From: Candidatus Firestoneibacteriota bacterium
GTDB lineage: Bacteria > Oederibacteriota > D2-FULL-39-29
NCBI GenBank assembly: GCA_903928075.1
Contig: CAIYPD010000070.1
Coordinates: 1,730-65,729 of the forward strand
Length of the DNA stretch: 64,000 bases
Direction: 5' to 3'
In this document: positions 56,790-64,000 of the stretch, piece by piece
How positions within the stretch are numbered: position 1 is the stretch's first letter
Layout of the letters: each line of letters opens with the position of its first letter
The notes under the pieces: generated by a model
The model's database searches: none
Seen by the model: only the letters and a program-made list of their open reading frames with translations
What the model was told of the DNA's origin: nothing
Translations under genes and position numbers: made by a program

Positions 56790-58679
56790 TTATTTATTGT
56801 TTTCCAGCCTTTCTTTTTTCTTTAAAAGGTATCCCGCACGGTTATACATCCCGGCCTTTGACAGCGCCTCAGCTTTGCACATAAGCAGCAGCTCCAGTTT
56901 TAGCTTAGAAGCGGCAAAATCCCGGCCGGCCAGCTCCCCGTTTAAAAAAAGCACACGGTCATAATATTTTTTTGCCAATGGCAGCCTCTTTGCTTTCTCG
57001 GCGACTTTTCCCGTACCGATAAGAGCCTCCATGTATTCCGGATAAATACGCAGCGTCCTTTCGAACATCTTAAGCGCATCCGCGTTAAAACCGTTCGCGG
57101 CGAAAAATTCCCCCTGCGCAGTAAGCGCGAAAGCATAATGATCCAGCGCCATCTTCTGTCTTTCGTAACCGGGCGCATTTTTTAAGAGTACCGCCTTTTC
57201 CACGCCTTCATAGGTTTCCCAGAGCAGATCCGCTTCGCCTTTGTCGTATTGTACCGCCGTTTTTTTCTTAACCGGCAGGTACATCATCCCTCGCGGAATA
57301 ATATCGTAATTTTCCCAGGCAGCGGTTTCGTACGGATAGTAGTTAAGGTAGACCGGCCTTTTGCCGTAGTTCCGGTCAATAACATCTTTTAATTTCTCGC
57401 GATTTCCCGGTATAATTTCTATTTTTTTCCCAGCGCCCTCCGCGTACCTGCAGTACCAGAGAGAAAATATCGGCAGGTCCCCGTTGGTTATCACGAGCGC
57501 GCCGTCCTCTACCGACCTTATAATATTCCTTCCAAAATCACGGTCCGCGGTATAGAGGCTCATATCAGCAGTTCTGTAATTTAATGGAAAAAACGAAAAA
57601 GCGAAAATACCAAAGCCGGTCAGCAAAAAGGCCCTGTATTTATTCCCAGCCCACTCCAAAATTTGCTGTATCCCGGTACCAGCGCAGACCGCAAAAACCA
57701 CAAAGGAGGAAAAATAATAGGTTGCAATATTTTGCGGATCAATAATATTATAATTTATAAAAATAATCGCGTTACAGGCAAGAACCCCCGCCAGAAAAAG
57801 AAATACAGAAAGTTTTACCCGGTAAAGATAAAATAATCCTATTAAAGCCAGGAGATAGCCTGCCGGGGAAAACTCACCTGCAAAATTTGTCCAAAGCTGC
57901 GTCACCAAACGGCCGGCCGGGTTTATTTTTTCCGCGCTAAACATTGCGTAGCGGTACTCCCTGGCCGAAATGTGGTTCAATATTTTCTCAAGAGTGTCCG
58001 GATTTGACCATTTTAGCGGTGCAGACGAACCGGCGCTTAACGGCAGATAGGCGTAGAGCAGAAGCGGGAGCAGAAAAGCCCCGATAGGCTTCCACCAGTC
58101 CTCAAAAGCATATTTTTCCGTCCGAACAAGGTAAAGAAATGGAAGAATGAAGACTATCAGTGAAAGGTGATGTGTTAACCCGAGGCCCAGCAAAAATGCA
58201 AAGACTGGTATTTTCTTTTTAGAGAATTTAAGAGCCGTATAAGTCAAAACTGCGGCAAAAAAAGCATAAAGTGTATACTTTTCCGCGAAAACAGCGTAAC
58301 TCCAGAATGTAACAGAAAAAGCCAAAAGGAAAGCCGCCGCCGCTCCTGCCACCTGGTTTCCCGTAATTTTCCGCACCGAGAGAAACACAAAAAAGGCCGC
58401 CAGTGCTGCAAAAACTGCCGACATAAAATTATACCTTACTGCGATATTCCCGAGTGGAAGAAAAGAAAAGAATTTCCCGAGGAGCATATACAGCGGAAAA
58501 CCCGAAGGGTGTGAAACTCCAAGTACATAGGAAGCCGTAACCATATCCCCTGAATCCCTAAACCCGATAGTCGGCGCAAGCGTCAACAGGTAAATGGTGA
58601 GAATAAAAACAAATAAACCTGAAGACATCAGCCGGTGATAACTCCATTTTACTTGTTTAATCAGACTTATTTTTTTCAA
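56790..58679 (-). CDS. DUF2723 (TMEM260-like putative glycosyltransferase) polytopic membrane protein with C-terminal TPR repeats
   Basis: It has about 12 TM segments with an early DSGD motif, and a TPR-like C-terminus (YYDRVLFLN...). Confidence 0.5.
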   Translation of the reverse strand: MKKISLIKQVKWSYHRLMSSGLFVFILTIYLLTLAPTIGFRDSGDMVTASYVLGVSHPSGFPLYMLLGKFFSFLPLGNIAVRYNFMSAVFAALAAFFVFLSVRKITGNQVAGAAAAFLLAFSVTFWSYAVFAEKYTLYAFFAAVLTYTALKFSKKKIPVFAFLLGLGLTHHLSLIVFILPFLYLVRTEKYAFEDWWKPIGAFLLPLLLYAYLPLSAGSSAPLKWSNPDTLEKILNHISAREYRYAMFSAEKINPAGRLVTQLWTNFAGEFSPAGYLLALIGLFYLYRVKLSVFLFLAGVLACNAIIFINYNIIDPQNIATYYFSSFVVFAVCAGTGIQQILEWAGNKYRAFLLTGFGIFAFSFFPLNYRTADMSLYTADRDFGRNIIRSVEDGALVITNGDLPIFSLWYCRYAEGAGKKIEIIPGNREKLKDVIDRNYGKRPVYLNYYPYETAAWENYDIIPRGMMYLPVKKKTAVQYDKGEADLLWETYEGVEKAVLLKNAPGYERQKMALDHYAFALTAQGEFFAANGFNADALKMFERTLRIYPEYMEALIGTGKVAEKAKRLPLAKKYYDRVLFLNGELAGRDFAASKLKLELLLMCKAEALSKAGMYNRAGYLLKKKERLENNK

Positions 58680-58767
58680 GACTTTCCGCCTTTTAAATTC
58701 TAAGATAAAACCACTAAATTCTAAACAAGGAGTTTATTATTGTATTGTTTTACCAAATAAATTATTT

Positions 58768-58895
58768 TTATCTTGCTATGTCAACAACAGTTGACATCAA
58801 TATATCCTTCCTCTCAAGAAAAGCTTTTACTTATCTTGCTATGTCAACGACTGTTGACATTTCTATATATCTTTCCACTCAAGAAAAACTATTGT
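58768..58895 (+). repeat. Two tandem partial module-B cores of the dispersed repeat
   Basis: Two cores are present: TTATCTTGCTATGTCAACAACAGTTGACATCAATATATCCTTCCTCTCAAGAAAAGC and TTATCTTGCTATGTCAACGACTGTTGACATTTCTATATATC... They lie 34 bp from the heptosyltransferase stop. Confidence 0.75.
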
Positions 58896-58928
58896 TTATA
58901 ATTTAGAATTTTGATCTTAGTGCTTGGC

Positions 58929-59942
58929 CTAAATTATCTCTTCTATAGCCCTAATCACCTCCCTTGCCTTTATGCTCCCCGCGCATCTGAAATGACCGAG
59001 CCAACAGCTCTTCCCGCCGTGTAGTGAACACGGTTTACAGGGCAGCTCCACATTGACTATCCTGTTGTTTTTTGCGCTTAACGCAAAACCAAATTTAGGC
59101 GTTGTGGCGCAAAATATTACTAAAGCAGGGGTTTTTACGGCTGTAGCAATATGAAAGGGCGCGGAGTCATTGGTGACCAGCACCGCGCAATCCCTGATTT
59201 CCGCCGCTAATTCTTTAAAGGTCGTCTTGCCTGCAAGGTCTGTCATATTTTGTTTATTTACTGCCAGTGCCATAATCTTTGAATTTATCTCTTTGTCTTT
59301 TTCTTCGCCTAACAATATAACCCGCAGTCCCTTACCTGCGTAATAGTTCGCCACCTCCGCAAACTTTTCCGCAGGCCATCTCTTGGTATTTTGTTTCCCG
59401 CCGGCGTGAATTCCTACAATCTTTGCCGTTACTTTTCGTTTTTTTTCCGGAAGAAATATCTCCGGTAAATTTCCATCGTAAACTATTCCAAGGGTTTGCA
59501 GAGTTTTGAAATAATTCGCAATAACATTCTCTTCTTTTTTATATATCTCGGGAAGGAATGTAAAAATTCCCCGGGTAAAAGCATGCCCTACCATCCTTCT
59601 TCTTCTGAAAGCCGCCTTCCGGTAAACCTTCGTCTCTATTCCCGAATAAGCGCGTAGGAGAAAACTTCTAAGATTCGCATGCAAGTCAATTATCAGGTCA
59701 TATTTTCCATTAAAACTCTCAGCAATTTTTACAAAATTCCCTATCTTCAAATCTTCTTTCTCGAGCCCCACTACTTCTTTTAAATTCGGATTCCCGGAAA
59801 ACACTTCAACATATTCCCTCTTCGTAAGAAAAGTAATATCCGCTTCAGGCAGTATTTTCTTAATGGCTGGAAGTATCGAAGTTGCAAGAATAATGTCACC
59901 GAGAGAACTAAATCTTACGATAAGAATATGTTTTGGTTCCAA
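58929..59942 (-). CDS. LPS heptosyltransferase (GT9 family, WaaC/WaaF-like)
   Basis: The N-terminus (KHILIVRFSSLGDIILATSILPAIKK) is typical of heptosyltransferases. Confidence 0.8.
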   Translation of the reverse strand: MEPKHILIVRFSSLGDIILATSILPAIKKILPEADITFLTKREYVEVFSGNPNLKEVVGLEKEDLKIGNFVKIAESFNGKYDLIIDLHANLRSFLLRAYSGIETKVYRKAAFRRRRMVGHAFTRGIFTFLPEIYKKEENVIANYFKTLQTLGIVYDGNLPEIFLPEKKRKVTAKIVGIHAGGKQNTKRWPAEKFAEVANYYAGKGLRVILLGEEKDKEINSKIMALAVNKQNMTDLAGKTTFKELAAEIRDCAVLVTNDSAPFHIATAVKTPALVIFCATTPKFGFALSAKNNRIVNVELPCKPCSLHGGKSCWLGHFRCAGSIKAREVIRAIEEII

Positions 59943-60019
59943 TTTAGCTCCTCTAATAAAACGAAGTTATTAATGACTACTAACTATTTTTCGTATTGTT
60001 TATCGGTGCCATCTCACTT

Positions 60020-60949
60020 TTATCCCTGCCCGCCGGTCTTTATGGAGGGTGTGTCATCAGTCCGGTTTTCATCCGGACTTGTTTTCCAGCGCCTATGCAC
60101 CCAAAACCAGTGATCCGGATACTCCCGCACATATTTTTCCAGAACCACTGACCAATTCTCCGTATTCTTTTTTACATCCGCCTCAAAATCCCCCGTGTCC
60201 ACCAGAGGCAGTTCCGGCTCGAAATGCACCGTATGAGTGTTATCCTTTTCCCTTACGATAAATGACATTATAATAGGTGCTTTGGTCTTCAAAGCGAAGA
60301 CCGCAGGTCCGCGGCTAGTCGAGGCCGGCCGGCCGAAGAAGTCAACAAATACCCCTTCCCTGTGCGCGTCCTGGTCAGCAAGAAAGCCCACCATACCTTT
60401 ATTTTTTATTGCGCGAAATATCTCCTTAACGGCGTTACCCGTAAAGATTATCTTCATACCCGCATTAGTCCTGTATTTCGTTATTACCTTATCTGTTAAC
60501 CGGTTGCTCTGCGGGAAAGCAATTACGGTACTGCTTCCAAATTCGACATATCGAGCGCCCATAAATTCCCAGTTGCCAAAATGCGCAACTATAATCACCG
60601 CCCCCTTTTCCTTTTTAAGGGCGGACAGCAGGTATTCCTCGCCCTTTACCCTGACCACCTTTTTTAGTTTCTCCAAAGGAAGCTTCGGCAGGTATAAAAA
60701 TTCCGTAAAACTCCGGCCCATATTTTCATAAAGCCGTTTAATAATGTCTTCCAACTCTTCATCGGTTTTTTCGGGAAATGAGGCTCTTAGATTGTCATAG
60801 GCGGTCTTTCTATGGCTTTTGTCAAAGGTATAAAGCACCAGGCCTAAAAACGCTCCGGTAGCCGTGGCCCGGCGGAGGGAAAGCCTCCGCAGCAAAAACC
60901 CCGAGCTAACGAGAAAAAAATATTCAATAAGATGCAGTATTTTTTTCAT
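60020..60949 (-). CDS. lpxL: Lipid A biosynthesis lauroyl/myristoyl acyltransferase (LpxL/HtrB family)
   Basis: It has an N-terminal TM and the HFGNWE motif. It overlaps lpxK by 4 bp. Confidence 0.75.
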   Translation of the reverse strand: MKKILHLIEYFFLVSSGFLLRRLSLRRATATGAFLGLVLYTFDKSHRKTAYDNLRASFPEKTDEELEDIIKRLYENMGRSFTEFLYLPKLPLEKLKKVVRVKGEEYLLSALKKEKGAVIIVAHFGNWEFMGARYVEFGSSTVIAFPQSNRLTDKVITKYRTNAGMKIIFTGNAVKEIFRAIKNKGMVGFLADQDAHREGVFVDFFGRPASTSRGPAVFALKTKAPIIMSFIVREKDNTHTVHFEPELPLVDTGDFEADVKKNTENWSVVLEKYVREYPDHWFWVHRRWKTSPDENRTDDTPSIKTGGQG

Positions 60950-61950
60950 CTGATATTAATTCCATCCTGCAATTCTTTTTCTCCCTTAATAAAACCTAAA
61001 TTTATTTTTAAAGCCAGAAGTTTCTTTTCGAACTTTGTTTTATCCAGGAATTGCAGTTTGATCGCGTCTTTCTCCGTGGTGATTATCAAATCAGCAGAGG
61101 CCGCTTTTTCGTTTATTTCTTTAATATCTTTTTCTGCAAAGGAATAATGGTCCCTGTAAGACAGCCGGCCTATACCGGCAGGGTTTAATTTTCCGACAAC
61201 CTTGCTGAAGTATTCCGGATTCCCCACCGCGGAAAGCGTGACTACTTTTTTTCCTGCAATTTCAGCTAAAGAAATACGCTCCGCCGGGTCAAACACATTA
61301 TACAAACGGTCTGGCTCATAAACGGTCTCTATCACTTCCGCGAAATCATTCCATCTGTGTATAGTTGCCATAAGTCCGGACATATCCTTTGCGGCGTCAA
61401 CTTTTGAAAGAATTATCATATCTGCCGCCATAATACTTTTGACCGGCTCTCGCAATATTCCCGCGGGAATCAGCTTTCCGTTCCCGAAAGGATTAGACGC
61501 ATCTATTATGAGTATTTCCAAATTTCGGTATAAGGACCATCTCCGCTGAAAACCGTCGTCAAGAATGCAAAATGCCGTCCCGAATTTTTCCAGAGCATAC
61601 TTTCCGCCGCTATACCTGTTAACCGCAGCGATTACGGGAAGGCCTGTTTCTCTTGCCAGATATACCGCTTCGTCCCCGCATTCCCTGGGACTGCTGCCGG
61701 GCAGCACCTCAAGTATAGCTGCTTTATTTTCCCGTTTGTACCCTCTGGTAAGTATGGCTGTCTTTCTGGTAGGGGATAGATACCTGGCAATATACTCCAC
61801 AACAGGCGTCTTGCCTGTCCCGCCCAAGGTTAAATTTCCCACACTGATAACCTTGCAAGTCAGGGTTTGAATTTTCAAAACACCCAAAGAATAGAGCGTC
61901 TCTTTTATCTTGAGCACTATAAGATATATAAAAGCCAGAATCAATCTCAA
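60946..61950 (-). CDS. lpxK: Tetraacyldisaccharide 4'-kinase
   Basis: It has VISVGNLTLGGTGKTPVV (P-loop) and an N-terminal TM. Confidence 0.88.
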   Translation of the reverse strand: MRLILAFIYLIVLKIKETLYSLGVLKIQTLTCKVISVGNLTLGGTGKTPVVEYIARYLSPTRKTAILTRGYKRENKAAILEVLPGSSPRECGDEAVYLARETGLPVIAAVNRYSGGKYALEKFGTAFCILDDGFQRRWSLYRNLEILIIDASNPFGNGKLIPAGILREPVKSIMAADMIILSKVDAAKDMSGLMATIHRWNDFAEVIETVYEPDRLYNVFDPAERISLAEIAGKKVVTLSAVGNPEYFSKVVGKLNPAGIGRLSYRDHYSFAEKDIKEINEKAASADLIITTEKDAIKLQFLDKTKFEKKLLALKINLGFIKGEKELQDGINIR

Positions 61951-62045
61951 AAATCCCCCTTCCTTCTTACACTTCCCGCTGTTTTTACCTTTTGACTTCT
62001 ATTTTCTAATGCTCTATTGTTCAATTGTTCTACACCGGGTACTCT

Positions 62046-63104
62046 CTATATCTTATACCGCTGCGCTTCATCAAAAAGAGCCAGTACATTTTCAATAGGC
62101 GTCCCGCTCTGGATACTATGGCACGGCCCTATTATCAGGCCTGTCCTGTCCTTAAATAGTATATCAATATTCTTTCTGGTTTCCTTTCTTACTTCCAAAG
62201 CAGTTCCAAAAGGGAGGATGTCCTGATTTTCGACTGTCCCGTGAAAACATATTTTGCTGCCAAATCTTTTTTTAAGCAGTTCCAGAGACATTCCCTCGCA
62301 TTTCCACTGAATAGGATTAAGAATATTAACACCCAGCTCAATAAGATCCGGTATTATTTCCGCCATCCCGCCGTCATCATGGTGAAATATCTTTAAATTA
62401 TATTCTTTCGCAAGCCCTATAGCTTTTTTATAGTGCGGCCAGAAAAATTCCCTTATCATATCTATGCTCATCACCAGCCCGCTCTGCTGTCCGAAGTCAT
62501 CAGTTACCTGGCAGATATCCATGCACCCTTTATATTCTTCAAACAGTTTTTTGTGTTGCTTCAAGCGGTAGTCCATAACCTTTTCCAGTACGGCGCACAT
62601 AAAATCGGGATAGAGCGCCAGATTCAAAAGCGCTGTTTCAACCCCAAAAAGTATCCAGAGATCGTAGAAGGGCGCCATATACCCGCACATAACAGCATGT
62701 TCTTTATAAATTTTCTTCAATTCTTCTGCGCTTTTTGAATAATCAAAAGCAAGCGGGTCTTCCCAATTAAAATCTTTAAGCGCCGCAATATCATTAACAT
62801 TCTTTAAAGGGTAAACTTCCTGTTCGAGGTAAACTCCGCCGGCAGGAAGGATTATTTCCCGATAGTAACTCCCCCAAATACCGGCTTTAAGATCACCTTT
62901 GTCCTTTCTGTCGTTACCGGTATAATCGACGCCGATGCTTTCGATGCCGTCAATTCCCATTCTGTCTTTAATGAGCCGGCGACTTTGGGTCCCAAAATGT
63001 TCTTCAAGGCCTTTCCATATCTCCTCCGTAGCCCAAATATCGGTTGGAACTTTGTCTACAGGTTTATGTTCTATTACTGCAAGTATTCTTTCTCTGCTAT
63101 TCAC
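62046..63104 (-). CDS. Uroporphyrinogen-decarboxylase (URO-D/MtaA) family protein, second paralogue
   Basis: The N-terminus (RERILAVIEHKPVDKVP) is typical of the UroD/MtaA family. Confidence 0.6.
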   Translation of the reverse strand: MNSRERILAVIEHKPVDKVPTDIWATEEIWKGLEEHFGTQSRRLIKDRMGIDGIESIGVDYTGNDRKDKGDLKAGIWGSYYREIILPAGGVYLEQEVYPLKNVNDIAALKDFNWEDPLAFDYSKSAEELKKIYKEHAVMCGYMAPFYDLWILFGVETALLNLALYPDFMCAVLEKVMDYRLKQHKKLFEEYKGCMDICQVTDDFGQQSGLVMSIDMIREFFWPHYKKAIGLAKEYNLKIFHHDDGGMAEIIPDLIELGVNILNPIQWKCEGMSLELLKKRFGSKICFHGTVENQDILPFGTALEVRKETRKNIDILFKDRTGLIIGPCHSIQSGTPIENVLALFDEAQRYKI

Positions 63105-63300
63105 TTACGCTCCCTTCCTTATACTTTTAGGAAAAAGCATTGCCTGGGCGCTTTTCAGTTAACATAATATACCCTTAAAAACCCGGCATAATCAAGTATT
63201 TTTGCCGCTGTTTTTGGGTTTATTGTGATAACAGTAATGCTGTAGATGATTCAAGATTTATTATGATAGGCATTACAGGGGCAGGAAACTTTTTCATCGC

Positions 63301-64000
63301 TTATTCCGTTTTGTCTCTTATTTTTTTAACTTTTTCATAGACCGCAAAAACCAGGTCCTTGAGGCCTTCGCCTTTCATCGCAGAAATCGCATAAAGTTTA
63401 CCCTTTTTCTTACCGGTAAGATATTTCTTAAGTTTGTCAAAGTTCTTCTTCGCGTTAGGCATATCCATTTTATTGGCTACCACCACCTGCGGTTTTTTCA
63501 TCAGCTCTTTGCTGTAAGCCGCAAGTTCTTTATTGATACTCTCGTAATCTTTTACCGGGCTCCGGCCGTAAGCAGAAACATCCACCATATGAATAAGCAC
63601 CTTGGTGCGCTCGATATGCCGGAGAAACTCGTCTCCGAGCCCGAGTCCTTCGGAAGCGCCTTCTATAAGTCCGGGGATATCTGCCCAGACAAAACTGGTA
63701 AACTCATCTATCTTGACAACCCCCAGATTCGGGGAGAGCGTGGTAAAAGGATAATTGGCTATCTTCGGATTGGCGTTGCTTGTTTTGGAAAGCAGCGTGG
63801 ATTTTCCCGCGTTAGGGTAACCGATAATCCCGACATCGGCAATGGTCTTTAATTCAAGGAGTAAGTCACGGTATTCGCCCCGTTCCCCCTGCTCGGCAAT
63901 GCGCGGCGCCTGAAAGGTAGAGGTCATATAAGAAGCATTCCCCCGTCCGCCTTTTCCACCCTTGGCTGCCATATATTTCTGCCCTTCTTTCAAAATATCG
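63301..64000 (-). CDS. obg: GTPase Obg/CgtA, C-terminal part (the gene continues beyond the window end)
   Basis: It has G1 (GYPNAGKSTLLS), DIPGLIEGA and NKMD. The Obg-fold glycine-rich segment (GGKGGRGN) sits at the window edge. Confidence 0.88.
   Translation of the reverse strand, partial: DILKEGQKYMAAKGGKGGRGNASYMTSTFQAPRIAEQGERGEYRDLLLELKTIADVGIIGYPNAGKSTLLSKTSNANPKIANYPFTTLSPNLGVVKIDEFTSFVWADIPGLIEGASEGLGLGDEFLRHIERTKVLIHMVDVSAYGRSPVKDYESINKELAAYSKELMKKPQVVVANKMDMPNAKKNFDKLKKYLTGKKKGKLYAISAMKGEGLKDLVFAVYEKVKKIRDKTE

Noticed and set aside
3939-58895. Possibility that the dispersed repeats form a CRISPR array
   Set aside because: The copies are 3-30 kb apart rather than regularly spaced by short unique spacers. 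They are about 100-190 bp long and each carries an internal palindrome. No cas genes are present.

Overview
This is a gene-dense bacterial chromosomal segment of about 45% GC, with most genes on the minus strand. Codon usage and gene content suggest an uncultivated-type Gram-negative lineage. No rRNA genes, tRNA genes or CRISPR arrays were found.

Housekeeping and envelope genes:
- An ECF sigma factor with a zinc-finger anti-sigma factor.
- An EmrA/EmrB/TolC-type tripartite efflux operon.
- A gliding-type ABC transporter module (ABC ATPase, ABC-2 permease, GldG, DUF4340).
- A lipid A / LPS cluster (lpxK, lpxL, a heptosyltransferase).
- uvrB, xerD, a partial obg, nagA, a nucleoside hydrolase and a spermidine-synthase-like gene followed by an ArnT-like glycosyltransferase.

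Accessory content:
- A GC-richer block of secreted carbohydrate-active genes: a GH10 xylanase and two large unassigned secreted proteins.
- A ThuA-like gene next to an 839-aa unknown protein.
- A sialate O-acetylesterase-like gene followed by a GNAT acetyltransferase.
- Two UroD/MtaA-family paralogs.
- A cysteine-rich DUF3795 protein.
- A solitary AddB-like nuclease.

Most notable observations:
1. A six-gene operon related to group-4 [NiFe] hydrogenases (NuoL/H/K-like/N, a fused NuoC–D 'large subunit', a NuoB-like small subunit). The large subunit appears to have lost all four Ni-Fe-ligating cysteines and there is no NuoI-like ferredoxin subunit. This points to an 'Ehr'-type hydrogenase-related complex rather than a real hydrogenase.
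2. A composite dispersed intergenic repeat family of about 190 bp with a perfect palindromic core (ATGTCAAC-N4-GTTGACAT). It occurs at eight or more loci, and every copy is orientation-locked to the 3' end of the upstream gene.
3. Two further short conserved non-coding motifs shared between unrelated promoters or leaders.
4. A DUF4398–LysM lipoprotein gene split by a +1/-1 frameshift in an A9 homopolymer, which is a candidate phase-variable locus.
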